A stretch of 64,000 nucleotides of DNA from positions 11,780,001 through 11,844,000 of the forward strand of contig CM120642.1 of the NCBI GenBank assembly GCA_051362555.1. The letters are read 5' to 3'. The position numbers and the translations under genes are program-made. The notes beneath the pieces were generated by a model. The model ran no database searches and had not been told where the DNA came from. It saw nothing but the letters and a program-made list of their open reading frames with translations. Position 1 is the first letter of the stretch. Every line of letters begins with the position of its first letter. This document shows, piece after piece, positions 11,890 to 64,000 of the stretch. Source of the DNA: Lingula anatina (taxonomy: Eukaryota; Animalia; Brachiopoda).

Positions 11890-13984
11890 CCTATGTGATG
11901 TCCAGTGAAGACTCCGGGATACAATTTATGCCAATTTCGATAAGGCATTCCAAAAAAGAGTTGTGAAAGAAACTATTAAAAATCATTCCCAACCAAAGAA
12001 AATTACATGGAAATGAATTCATGATCATGGCACTATAAGTTTGATGTTATGTGATAATCATCAATGTTGATTATTCAGAGAACTTTCCACAAAAAAATTA
12101 TGATCTCTCTAGGAATCTAAGTATCTGTTTAAAGCCAGAACACCTAACCTTCAACTGGCATCGACATTTGTAACATTATAGCAGCAAGACAGTACAATGT
12201 ATGCCCGACTGTGATAGATAAGGCTGTACACTTTAAAGTGCAATATAAAATATTTGACAGAATTTAATTTCAGAAATATATAATATAAAATCCTAAATAA
12301 AGTGACTAAATAAATTGAATAAAAAATCAACTTTCTGTTGTTTATTAATTGTTAGTGCCAATATCCTATGTGCTATCACGGAAATTGAAAAATGCGTAGC
12401 TAAATTTATCGAAAACATAATCGAAGCTGACTTATTGTGTTTGGTGGAAAAAATATCAATCTGATCTTTAGCATCCCAGCAATGCCGTACGAAGGCGATA
12501 TTCCGAAATTTCTGGAAATTATTCAAACATTTTTCTAAAAATGTATCATTGGTCCGAAGCTTCGCCACTCCGAATTTTCTTCGCTCCGAACTCCGCAGTT
12601 CTATTAATCTGATGGTAAAAAGGCCGGTAGAAAGACCAATACCCCTACTGTTTTACTTTTTTTCATTATATCAAATGTTTTTTCTGCCTCAAAAGCTAAT
12701 GTGGTTCATATGCATGAAGGCCGGAGGTTTTGGCCAGCACTACCTACTCTTTTCAATCCCGCTCAATGTGATCTTACGGAATCCACCCCACCCTACCCAC
12801 ACACTCACAGTATATACTCAAAATTTGCCATACGCAACCTTGCGCACCTGGCTGTTTATTGATTTTGAAAAAAATTTGAAGATGAAATATCGCCGGTTGC
12901 TGTATGTTGCTTTTCATTCTTGGTAAAGCAAAATCACCAAAGAGGCCTAGGCTAACATGCAATGGAATTTACATTAAAAAAATAGAGGTTCAAACGCGGC
13001 AATACACGAGAGGGAGGGAGGGAGAATCTAGGCCCTATGACTATTTGATTTAATAAATTTTTCGATGCAATATTGGAGTAAAAATAGTCATCTAGGTCTA
13101 CTGTTTTTTTATTGAATAAAAATTTTGAATAGCAGACCTTTTAAGTAAAAGTCTTGTTTTACTGGTTGTTCAGATCAAAGTACTTTCGAAGTGAAAAGAA
13201 TACGCACCCCTTCCTCATCGCTTTATTTTTATTTTATTTATTAACAATATTGCCTCGATCTTTTGCCTCATTTATCCAGAAGTTTGTTTGCTGACACAAA
13301 ACAGACTAGGATCCATTGATATTATGAACTGTCTCTAGTAATTTGTGAAGGTTTAACTTTTCCTTTTTTAACCGGGTTGTTTAATTTTACAGACCAGTTT
13401 CGTGCCCGGCACATGTAATATGCCTTTTTGCCGTTTTCATTTTAAATCATGTGAAAATCGATAAAATAGTTACGAACCTAGTTAAACCAGCAGCATAGGG
13501 TTTACTATTTATTTCATACTTGTTAAAATAAATATTTTCATTAATTAACCAAGATTACGCGTTTAGGGGGTATGAAGTGATGTGACAAAAGCTCCGTAGG
13601 AAAAACTGTAAACCAGGTTTAAAAAATGTAAATCAGGTTTAAAAATGAGTATTGATTTGTTGACCCTTTTCGAGGTTGGATCCGGCTGTGGTTATACATT
13701 TTACATTCTACATTTTATATACCCTCGAAATGGGGTTATGGGGATGAATGGACGTTTAACAAATTATCAACGGCACATTTTAAACTTTGACACAATGAAA
13801 TATTGGTCAAATTGCAACAGCTAGGCCATTGCTTTTTAGCGATTGTATATTTTGAATTGTACATTGTTTATAATGATTGCAGTAAGTTTACTGTAACCAC
13901 TTTTGTCACCCATCCCATATCTAATCGGTCTAATGGGCAAGAAAGTTGTAATACATTTTGCAAGTCATTGTAGGTCAGTACGTC

Positions 13985-13992
13985 TATAAATA
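13985..13992 (+). promoter_or_regulatory. Putative TATA box of the ABCC1-like gene
   Basis: TATAAATA begins 47 nt upstream of the ATG at 14032 (context AACATGG), in a locally CpG-richer segment. Confidence 0.55.
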
Positions 13993-14031
13993 GCCGCACA
14001 CGCCTCGTCGTACTGTAAACATCACTGTAAC

Positions 14032-36088
<22,057 letters not shown>

Positions 36089-36290
36089 TACCACTACACC
36101 ACACCAGGTGGCAGCACTGTCCAGCATGAGATGAAGTGGTGAACTGAAGGACAACGAACAAATGAGACAGAAGAACACTAGTCATTAACTATTTGACATT
36201 CTCAGTTTGAACTATTCTGTTGTAAGTTTAGACATTCAATGGTTATATTAATATGTTCATATTTTGTTAAGCACAAAGGAAGGGCTACCC

Positions 36291-38326
36291 AATAAACGAA
36301 AAAATTAAACAGCATATTTTAGAAAATATTAGTATAAAATAAATGTTTTATCGAGTAAATTGTCATTAATCGGAAATTACAGGTTTCATTATTTACAGTA
36401 CATATTTGTTTCTCATTATGGCACTAAGTATAATTTATATTGGACAGGGTATGAACCTTTTTGGTTTATGTTTTCTGTTAAAGCTTCTATGTACCTTGAA
36501 ATCCTATTCTGTTTGATGAAAAGTGATTTCAATGAGGCAATTTACTTTTAGCTATTCTTAAGGAGTAATTATGTTAAGTCTAAGTTGTTTTGATTTAATT
36601 GGCCAGAATAATAAAACATTTATTGCATTTGTTAAGTGCAGTAGTAAGGCAATATGTATAATTATAGACATTACAACTTTTTTTTTACCTTCATGCAACT
36701 ATCTAGAATGACTGTTAGAAATATACAATATACTAGGACCATACCATATATTGTGTTCTGAATTGAGAATTGGTTATAGAATTAAAAGTTGTTTTGTGCC
36801 ATTTAGAAATCCCTAATTTAAAGTATTTAAAACTGTTGCATTCCTTATTTGTTATTCTCTTTTTGCTTTCGATCATGTTTACATTATCTTTCTATACACT
36901 GGTGTATGTGAGTGTTAATAAGTGTTTTAAAAATAACTAAAAGTAGCTATTATCAAAACTGTAGTTGCATTTACCTCACATCATTGTAGGTTTCTATCTA
37001 TTTGTAATGCAATTTTGTAAACAGTAAAAAAAAAAGATGTTTTTCGGTATATTACATATACATTACATTGATTGTTCAACCCTAGTATATGTTAATTGTT
37101 CAGGTGTTTATCATTAGTGTTTGAAATTTATTATGTAATAAAGAGGTTCCATATGAGGCTGATTTTTTGTTGCAAATCTGTAATATTTTTTTATTGTTTG
37201 CTAAGAACAATATAACAGTTATATTGAAAACAACAATTGTTGTGCATTTGGATTTGTTTTGGGTCAAGGCTATCCTGTGTTCTAACTTTCTTTGTTCTTT
37301 GTATATTGTAAGTAATTATAATGATAAATTTGTAAAGTGGAGGAGGGATGGTAATTAAATGATCCATTAGGAAAAGGTCAGTCCTAAAATGATTTACTTT
37401 TAATATTTTAAATGATATAGAACTAACATTCCATGTAAAGTACCTTAGCTATAGAAATGCAAATTGTTTTGCTTTTTTTGTACAGATATCATACATCCTC
37501 ATTAGCAATGTTACTGTTTTGCTTCAAACTCACCAATATTACATATTGCCTTAAAGTGCCGTTCCAGTTCAAAATTAAGCATGATGATTTTCTCGAAGTA
37601 TAATAATGGTTTTGTTGTCACTGTGTCATCCACATAAGAACACTCTTGTGCCTGGAATCTGCTACATGGGCCTAAATTGCAGGCCAACTTTAAAATTGGG
37701 AATGATCCATTTATTCTTTACATTTATTAATTTATCTTTGTCTTGTATTTGATTTTTTGCCATGTGGAAACTTTATCACTGATTAAGTGTAACTTGATCT
37801 GAACTTACACCTTAGGAGCCTAAATTTTAGGTCGTGTTCAAACTGGCTATGCTCCTTTTCATCCTATTTGGTAATTTTGGTCTTGTGGATCTTATATTAT
37901 TCACACAGGTCTGATTGAGTGAAAAACTTGCAGGTTCGACATCTATTTTAGGTGAAACTAAATAGTTTGATTGTAGCCTTTAAAATGAACAATTGGGTAA
38001 CAAAAGTACTTGTGAAATTTAGACGCATTTAATTTTATGAATTTCTCTCAATATTTAACTGGATTATTATTATTATTATTGTTTGAAGTTTTGTGATGTA
38101 TCGAAATGCCTCAAAATATAACCTACCTGTGTTTTGAGCTTGATGATCAAATATGTCAATCGATCAGAACTTCTGTGATCAATTAGTCCTGTATTTGAAT
38201 TTGGAGGTTTGTACTGTTCTGATCAATTTAGATTATATCAAAATGTATTATCATATATATATTATATTATATCATTATATTATATTATATTATGTACTCT
38301 TTTGCTTTACTTAATAGCCAAATAAA
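36291..38326 (+). terminator. Candidate poly(A) signals of the ABCC1-like gene (AATAAA at ~36291, 36338, 36610, 37137, 38321)
   Basis: Hexamers lie in the AT-rich region after the stop. Which one is used cannot be determined, and chance occurrence is frequent at this base composition. Confidence 0.35.
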
Positions 38327-39228
38327 TATTAGAATTTTACATAATTTAGTTTTGTCTCCGCTGGAATCCTCTCCATGTTTGTGATATGTAATAGTATGAA
38401 GAAAAGTACGTTGCCAATTTTAAGGATCTTGAAGCCTAGTTTCGGGTCTTGGTTTTCGAGCCTGACATTCATTTATTAACTGGACTCGTAATGGTTTAAA
38501 CCTGGCAATAAACTACCCTCTAGTGGACATCCTTAATACTCAGTAATAAGCAATTTGTTACAAGAAAAGAAGACATATCCTCTCATATCACGGAGACCGC
38601 TTAATTTTTTGCCAAATTCACGTGAAAATGTTCAAAATCACGAGCGGTGGTTAGGGAGATCTGAAGACACCGTGGACGATTACAGACTCAGTCTGCATGG
38701 ACCGCAGCTCATAAGCATATTTTACAAGCGACATTTTCTAATCAATAAATAATATTTATTAATACACTGAATTTGCGTTTGGTTTCGGATTTACTCTTGG
38801 ACTAGCACACGAGAAATTATTTCCAGCGAAATTAAATAATATTGCAATGTGACCTTTTCTGGTAAGAAGAACTAAAAAGGTTACCAAAATTTTTTTCTCT
38901 GTAAATTCCTGAAGCTGCCGTTTGTATCAATTTCTAAGCATATAACTGGCTCAATCTATAGTACAATTTGTCATTTATAGTTCCAATGTATATCTTTTTT
39001 AGAATTTTTTCAGAAATTTCAAAGCTTACGATATTGATTGTATTGATATGAAAATGTTTTTGATTGTCCATAATAAATCAATAACATTTTATTTTACAAT
39101 TATTTTTACTATAAATCCCAATTGTCTCCTTTTATGGCACATTTATATGAAATACATTGTAATCATTGTCAAAAACTTGTTCTGGTTAATACTGGTTAAT
39201 GGCTGTAATTTGTTCCTCTACGGCGTTC

Positions 39229-44656
<5,428 letters not shown>

Positions 44657-45204
44657 GTTTCAGTGTTACAGCTTTAACAGCAATGGTTTACTGACAAAAT
44701 GTAGGTTATCGGTATATGATAAAGCTGGGCTGTGCTTCGGCCACTGTGTCACTATAATACTGCTAACAATGCGACAATAGCCTGGATCGCGGGGGTACAG
44801 CGAGTACAGCGGACCTGTAGGTTCTGAGGCCCCTTGTCACATCATTTTCATCATGTCATATAGGTAATGGGACCAAAATTGGATTATATTCAATAGTTTT
44901 ACTGCTTGTAGTGAATCGTTAATTGTACTGATATTCTAAATTTGCATACATGTGATTTACATATTTGTTTAATTAATTTATTTATTCAGATGTACATGTA
45001 TCTAAGCATGACAGCTTGCATGTGGTGAACTATTAATAGCACTGATAGCTAGATTTCCATACATGTGATTTGGATATTTGCTAATGTAAATTGTATCTAC
45101 AATTAAGTTTTAAAGTATTAAGGCATGGCATGTTGCATGTCAGTTATGGAAGTTCATTTAAAATGTAAATTAAGATCGAGTATAAAAGCAGCGACCGAGC
45201 CACA

Positions 45205-45362
45205 GGGCAGGGAGATATAGACTGAGAGGTAGAGAGACTTACAGATGGACATAGTGAGACATAGATTAAGATACATATAGTGAGAGAGATGTGGAGAGAC
45301 ATATATGGGGACATATAGACAGAGATATAGATACCGAGAGATGGAGGGAGAGAGCAGAGACC
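45205..45362. repeat. Degenerate GA-rich simple repeat (GAGAGACATATA-like)
   Basis: Purine-rich low-complexity run between PTGR1 copies A and B. Confidence 0.7.
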
Positions 45363-46389
45363 TGAGTTTACAGTCAGCCAAATAAACCATGTAGCAAGAA
45401 ACTATACCCACCTGTCTCTGTTGTGTTATTGGTGAAAAACAAATCAAAGAACCTGAATAACCAACCTGCTGGGATGCTTTAAATTAAAAAAAAAAAACAC
45501 ACTGTATGTGTTACACCAAGAACGTATTGTTGGTAACACTCTGTACTTAGCTGGTCTGGCATTAAAAGGCAGACAAGTATATGTACATTATCTTTGGTAT
45601 TCATTATAACGTTCTCCATCATCGCAAACGTGTAACACTCAGTGCTCCGTGGAGGCCAAATGAGGAATTATCCACAGCGCCATCTGTCGTTAGAAGTCTC
45701 ACGATTTGAGAACCTTTCTCCCAATTACCGATTTAAAATCTCGCAATCAGTTTTCCAAAGTTGTAAAATGATTCTTTTTGGTCTTCGTCGTTTGAAACAT
45801 ACGTACTGTATTTTCCCCACTAAACTATTGCAGATTCTGGTGCGAGATTAACGTCACGAAATGACTTTATATTCTTAATACATAAAAGATTTTATTTTCT
45901 AGGAATTTTTTTCACTTATTTGTAAACATCCATGTATATCATATCCAAAACCATATTTGTTTAAACATAATTACTATCAGTAAATCGGATTTTGAGCTCG
46001 AAGGTCCTAATATTTGGGCCAGTCACGTAATGGAGATAAAGTTCGGTGAATTTTTACACGTAAAAATAAAGATTACAAATAATGATGAGATAAAAATGAT
46101 TTATAGATTACAATTTTCTCAATAATGTTAGATAGAGTATACTTAGCTCTGTGATAAAGAGAAAATAGGTGATGTTCCTGCGTATACATAATCCTTTGCA
46201 CAGGATATGTTAAAGCTTTTATTGTTATCTTTTAAAATGTTTTAATGCCCTTTATATCTATTTTCGAGTTTCTTTGCTATTCGCCAGCGCAGTATCTAGC
46301 TGTTGTGTTGAAAAATTAACGTGATATTACGGCAATTACAAAATATCAGTGTCAGTCTGTTGGTAGAAATTTGTTGTTCTGCAGTTTTC

Positions 46390-52013
<5,624 letters not shown>

Positions 52014-52303
52014 GTTTCAGTGTTACAGCTGTAACAGCGCTGGATATAGAACAAGTGTAGGTTATCGTTACGTGGAAAAGCTGGGCTGTACGTGTTCCGG
52101 CCTCAGTGTCACAGTATTGCTAACAATGCAACAATATAGCCTGAATAGCGGGGGTACAGAGAGTACAGTGAACACGTTCCCCTTAAGTTCTGAGTTCCCT
52201 TTTTACTTTTTTCATAATGTCATATTGCCTTTAGGTTATATGGAAAGAATTGGATGGTATCCAATAGTTTTACTGGTGCTTTCATGAAATACCATAAATT
52301 TAA

Positions 52304-53397
52304 AGGATTCTAGCTACGTAAAAAATCCATTTCTTGAATTTTAGAGATTCAGCACTCAATCCATGCTCTAGAACTATGTTTTAATCGATCCCCACCTTTT
52401 TAAAAAAGTCTAAAAACAATCTATTGGTAGAAAAAAAAGCGTTTAAGTAATTATTAACCTCAATGTGCAAAAATGAAGCAACAGATCTGGGTCACTTGGT
52501 ACTTTGACGACAAAGGTCTTTGACACTCAGCTTATGCATGCTGTATACAGACAGAAAAGTCGACACGCTTACTAATTGCTGATGCATTTTAAATGCATAA
52601 TAGTTTACCAAGAGCTTGTTCACAATAAAACCCGTTAATCTGATCTGATAAGATGAGTTACCTGTTATTACCTGGCTTGGGAAGTGGTGCATAATTAACA
52701 GGTTTTATTTAGGATTTAGGCCCCTCGGGTAAGAGATTTGAATGAGTATGAACTTTTATCAGGAGTTTTTGACAGCTAAAAACGCTGCTGGCTTCACGAG
52801 GATTTAGACCCCTCGGGTGAGAAATTTGAATGACAGGCCTACCCAACCACCAGACTCGGCACATAAGGGTCCTGAATTAATTGGTATATCGGACAACACT
52901 ACCCGTTTTGAAGATGTGTGTCAGATTGCATTTCCGAGTATCAGTCGACAGGATGAGCCCGCAGTCGTCCTACAAAATTTGTTCTGGGGTATGATACTCC
53001 GAAATGCAATCTGACACACACCTTGAAAACGGGTAGTGTTGTTCGATATACCGGTTTATTCAGGATCCTTATGTGCCGAGTCTGGTATTTGGGTAGGCCT
53101 GAATGAGTATAAACTTTTATCAGGAGTCAGAAAAGTCTTACAGGTAGACAATGCAGCTTAGTTTGACAGCTAAAAACGCTGCTTGGCTCTCTCCTACGGT
53201 GACACGATTGTCGTCATCGGAACACGTGTCCACTTAGCTCATTAACTCCCAGGCCGAGCAAAAAGGACGTTTTTAAAGCCCAAAATTTACAAAATGAGCT
53301 TTTAATTAGCGTATTTGGATAAAGATATCGTTAGTTGGGCATGTTTTCTGAAGAATATACTCCGTTCAGGCCAGTCCGACGATCTGACGAGAAACCT
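52304..53397. mobile_element. Kolobok-like TTAA-flanked non-autonomous element upstream of PTGR1-B
   Basis: TTAA|AGGATTCTAG...CGAGAAACCT|TTAA with an imperfect TIR (AGG-TTCT-G); starts close to where homology with the copy A upstream region ends. Confidence 0.6.
52834..53101. mobile_element. Long-palindromic MITE (268 bp) with 5-bp TSD AATGA, nested in the Kolobok-like element
   Basis: CAGGCCTACCCAA...TTGGGTAGGCCTG with ~110-bp arms; AATGA at 52829-52833 and 53102-53106; empty site GATTTGAATGAGTATGAAC in the adjacent direct repeat (~52735). Confidence 0.88.
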
Positions 53398-53860
53398 TTA
53401 AGTACTTTCATAAGTTGTTTAATTGTGGTTAAGTGATAGCAACTTAATTAGCTTGAAAACACTTTGCTTTGTTTAATAATTTTTTTTTTGATGTATTTCG
53501 GCGTAATCGTTCTGTAGCAAAGCCATTTTTAAATTCTTAAAAGAATAAAATGAAATTCATCCTAGATGACATCTAAAATACATAGTTTACAGGTTCGTTA
53601 TTTTTATTTGTGTCTGTTTACTCAAGGAGTTTCAACAGTTTCTGTTGTAACTCCTTGGTTACAATCTATGCTTAGCTGGACTGGCATTTAAAGAGGCAAG
53701 CATAACTACTTTTTTCTTTTGTTTTCATTGTAACATCCTCAATGATCGCAAACGTGTAACATTCAGTGCTCCGTGGAGGCCAAACAAGGAACAATCCAAT
53801 GCGCCATCTATCTTTGAGAGTCTCATAATTGGTGGAGTTCTTTCCAAAACTACCGATTAA

Positions 53861-54070
53861 GGGACCATTCCCACAGATATTTGGATCGATCTGTCTTCAC
53901 GGGTAGTCTCACTAAGGGACCATTCCCACAAATATTTGGATCGATCTATCTCCCTGGGGAGTCTCATTAAATTGCTGTCAACTTGGCCGCTTAAATGTCT
54001 GTCGCTCCTAGTAAAGCTGTTAGGGGGTAATTATCTTTACCTCCTACCTGATTCGGCCTGATCCGATCTA
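53861..54070. mobile_element. ~210-bp insertion with a duplicated GGGACCATTCCCACA terminus (Harbinger-like relic); second copy ~61301-61510
   Basis: TAA-GGGACCATTCCCACA occurs twice 56 bp apart; the segment is missing from the homologous region downstream of copy B (~45730). Confidence 0.45.
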
Positions 54071-54711
54071 TCAGTTTTCCAAAGTCGTAATACGATTCTT
54101 ATTTGTCTATGTCATTTGAAACATACATTTACCTACTATGTATAATCAGTACACTTTTGCAGATTCTGTTGCGCGATAAATGTCAAGCAATGAACGTTTA
54201 GCCTTAATACAGCAAAGATTTAATTTTTCTGGTAATCATGTCACTTTTCTTCTTCGTCATTAATGTATACCATATCCAAAACCAGGTTTGTTAATACACA
54301 ATTACGACTTATATATCGATTTTTGAGTTTAAAGTTTTCTAAATTTTGAGCACATTTTCGTAATGGAGATGGAAATCGGTTAATTTTACATGTAACAATA
54401 AATTGAGAGTAGAAATTATGAGTTAAAATATTTTAAGGTTGTAATTTTCTCAGTGATGTTAGATAAGATACATGTACACCTACATGTTGCTTGGTGTTAA
54501 GTAGAAAATAAGTGGTGTAATTGCATATACTAGCACATTATAGGATCTTGTAGCTTTTATTGCCATCTTTTAAAATGTGCTTAATGCCTTTTCCATCTAC
54601 ATGTATTTTCGAATTTTTTGTTATTTACCAGCACAGTATCTAGCATTTCTGTTGCAAATAAACGTGATATACGGCAGTCTGTTGGTTGTAATTTGTTGTT
54701 CTGTAGCGTTC

Positions 54712-59451
<4,740 letters not shown>

Positions 59452-59741
59452 GTTTCAGTGTTACAGCTGTAACAGCGCTCTGGATATAGAACAAGTGTAG
59501 GTTATCGTTACGTAGAAAAGCTCGGCTGTACGTGTTCCGGCCTCAGTGTCACAGTATTGCTAACAATGCAACTATAACCTGAATAGCGGGGGTACAGCAA
59601 GTACAGTGAACACGTTCCCCTTAGGTTCTGAGTTCCCTTTTTACTTTTTTCATAATATCATATTGCCTTTAGGGTATACGGAAAGAATTGGATGGTATCC
59701 AATAGTTTTACTGGTGCTCCCATGAAATACCATAAATTTAA

Positions 59742-60839
59742 AGGATTCTAGCTACGTAAAAAATCCATTTCTCGAATTTTGGAGATTCAGCATTCAATCC
59801 ATGCTCTAGAACTATGTTTTAATCGATCCCCACCTTTTTAAAAGAGAAAAAAAAAACAATCTATTGGTAGAAAAAAAAGCGTTTTGGTAATTATTAAACC
59901 TCACCTCAATGTGCAAAAATGAAGCAACAGATCTGGGTCACTTGGTACTTTGACGACAAAGGTCTTTGACACTCAGCTGAGCTGCATGCTGTATACAGAC
60001 AGAAAAGTCGACACGCTTACTAATTGCTGATGCATTTTAAATGCATAATAGTTTACCAAGAGCTTGTTAACAATAAAACCCGTTAATCTGATCTGATAAG
60101 ATGAGTTACCTGTTATTACCTGGCTTGGGAAGTGCGGTGGTGCATAATTAACAGGTTTTATTTGGGATTTAGGCCCCTCGGGTAAGAGATTTGAATGAGT
60201 ATGAACTTTTATCAGGAGTTTTTGACAGCTAAAAACGCTGCTGGCTTCACGAGGATTTAGACCCCTCGGGTGAGAAATTTGAATGACAGGCCTACCCAAC
60301 CACCAGACTCGGCACATAAGGGTCCTGAATTAATTGGTAAATCGGACAACACTACCCGTTTTGAAGGTGTGTGTCAGATCGCATTTCGGAGTATCAGTCG
60401 ACAGGGTGAGCCCTACAAAATTTGTTCTGGGGTATGATACTCCGAAATGCAATCTGACACCCACCTTGAAACGGGTAGTGTTGTCCGATATACCGGTTTA
60501 TTCAGGATCCTTATGTGCCGAGTCTGGTAGTTGGGTAGGCTTGAATGAGTATAAACTTTTATCAGGAGTCAGAAAAGTCTTACAGGTACACAATGCAGCT
60601 TAGTTTGACAGCTAAAAACGCTGCTTGGCTCTCTCCTCCGGTGACACGATTGTCGTCATCGGAACACGTGTCCACTTAGCTCATTAACTCCCAGGCCGAG
60701 CAAAAAGGACGTTTTTAAAGCCCAAAATTTACAAAATGAGCTTTTAATTAGCGTATTTGGATAAAGATATCGTTAGTTGGGCATGTTTTCTGAAGAATAT
60801 ACTCCGTTCAGGCCAGTCCGACGATCTGACGATAAACCT
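59742..60839. mobile_element. Duplicate of the Kolobok-like element upstream of PTGR1-C
   Basis: Near-identical to 52304-53397 and TTAA-flanked; copied with the segmental duplication. Confidence 0.6.
60287..60543. mobile_element. Duplicate of the long-palindromic MITE with AATGA TSD
   Basis: CAGGCCTACCCAAC...GTTGGGTAGGCTTG flanked by AATGA; the loop is ~11 bp shorter than in the first copy. Confidence 0.85.
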
Positions 60840-62152
60840 TTAAGTACTTTCATAAGTTGTTTAATTGTGGTTAATTGATAACAACTTATTTAGCTTGTAA
60901 ACACTTTGCTTTGTTTAATAAATTTTTTTGATGTATTTCCGCGTAATCGTTCTGCAGCAAAGCCATTTTTAAATTCTTAAAAGAATAAAATGAAATTCAT
61001 CCTCGATGACATCTAAAATACATAGTTTACAGGTTCGTTATTTTTATTTGTGTCTGTTTACCCAAGGAGTTTCAACAGTTTCTGTTGTAACTCCTTGGTA
61101 ACAATCTATGTTTAGCTGGACTGGCATTTAAAGAGGCAAGCATAACTACTTTTTTCTTTTGTTTTCATTGTAGCATCCTCAATGATCGCAAACGTGTAAC
61201 ATTCAGTGCTCCGTGGAGGCCAAACAAGGAACAATCCAATGCGCCATCTATCTTTGAGAGTCTCATGATTGGTGAAGTTCTTTCCAAAACTACCGATTAA
61301 GGGACCATTCCCACAGATATTTGGATCGATCTGTCTTCACGGGTAGTCTCACTAAGGGACCATTCCCACAAATATTTGGATCGATCTATCTCCCTGGGGA
61401 GTCTCACTAAATTGCTGTCAACTTGGCCGCTTAAATGTCTGTCGCGCCTAGTAAAGCTGTTAGGGGGTAATTATCTTTACCTCCTACCTGATTTGGCCTG
61501 ATCCGATCTATCAGTTTTCCAAAGTCGTAATACGATTCTTATTTGTCTATGTCATTTGAAACATAGATGTACCTACTATGTATAATCAGTACACTTTTGC
61601 AGATTCTGTTGCGCGATAAATGTCAAGCAATGAACGTTTAGCCTTAATACAGAAAAGATTTAATTTTTCTGGTTATCATGTCACTTTTCTTCTTCGTCAT
61701 TAATGTATACCATATCCAAAACCAGGTTTGTTAATACACAATTACGACTTATATATCGGTTTTTGAGTTTAAAGTTTTCTAAATTTTGAGCACATTTTCG
61801 TAATGGAGATAGAAATCAGTTAATTTCACATGTAACAATAAATTGAGAGTAGATATTATGAGTTAAAATATTTTAAGGTTGTAATTTTCTCAGTGATGTT
61901 AGATAAGATACATGTACACCTACATGTTGCTTGGTGTTAAGTAGAAAATAAGTGGTGTAATTGCATATACTAGCACATTATAGGATCTTGTAGCTTTTAT
62001 TGCCATCTTTTAAAATGTGCTTAATGCCTTTTCCATCTACATGTATTTTCGAAGTTCTTTGTTATTTACCAACACGGTATCGAGCATTTCTGTTGCAAAT
62101 AAACGTGATATACGGCAGTCTGTTGGTAGTAATTTGTTCTTCTGTAGTGTTC

Positions 62153-64000
<1,848 letters not shown>

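Noticed and set aside
11342-11948. ORFs of 117 aa (+) and 126 aa (-) in the track
   Set aside because: They overlap HINE repeat sequence and the SNX25 last exon in other frames or antisense; no recognisable protein features.
12293-13740. CpG-richer intergenic stretch with CCGAA repeats, a 125-aa ORF and weak inverted repeats (13363-13392 vs 13606-13626; 13664-13734)
   Set aside because: Probably fragmented repeats or promoter DNA, but I could not define TIRs, a TSD or a protein, so it is not called.
13900-14030. Antioxidant response element (TGACnnnGC) upstream of ABCC1 or the PTGR1 genes
   Set aside because: Near matches such as ATGACTTGCA on the minus strand (~13959-13968) lack the correct GC spacing; none supported by eye.
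37551-38000. TTAAAGTGCCGTTCCAG, resembling a Kolobok-type terminus in the ABCC1 3' region
   Set aside because: No matching opposite terminus found.
59973-60603. ORFs of 114 aa and 89 aa upstream of PTGR1-C
   Set aside because: They lie within the Kolobok-like element and palindromic MITE and are not maintained at the same length in the duplicate copy.

Overview
AT-rich, intron-rich animal genomic DNA, probably a non-insect invertebrate; the repeat families and gene structure suggest a mollusc or other lophotrochozoan, which is inference. I assembled three gene loci by hand from GT-AG splice sites, all with consistent reading frames. (1) The last 10 coding exons of SNX25 (+, 282-11889). Its final intron is almost entirely a ~7.2 kb Helentron/HINE-like composite element carrying two nested MITEs and ending 5 nt before the last exon. 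(2) A complete 31-exon ABCC1/MRP1-type ABC transporter (+, 14032-36088, 1584 aa). Its introns hold MITEs, a retrotransposon gag relic and a decayed, apparently intron-containing hAT transposase. (3) A convergent tandem array of at least four PTGR1 genes (-, 39229 to beyond 64000): three complete and one cut by the window edge. One copy appears chimeric, and exon conservation across copies is mosaic. No rRNA, tRNA or CRISPR features were recognised. Most short ORFs in the supplied track are exon fragments or noise.
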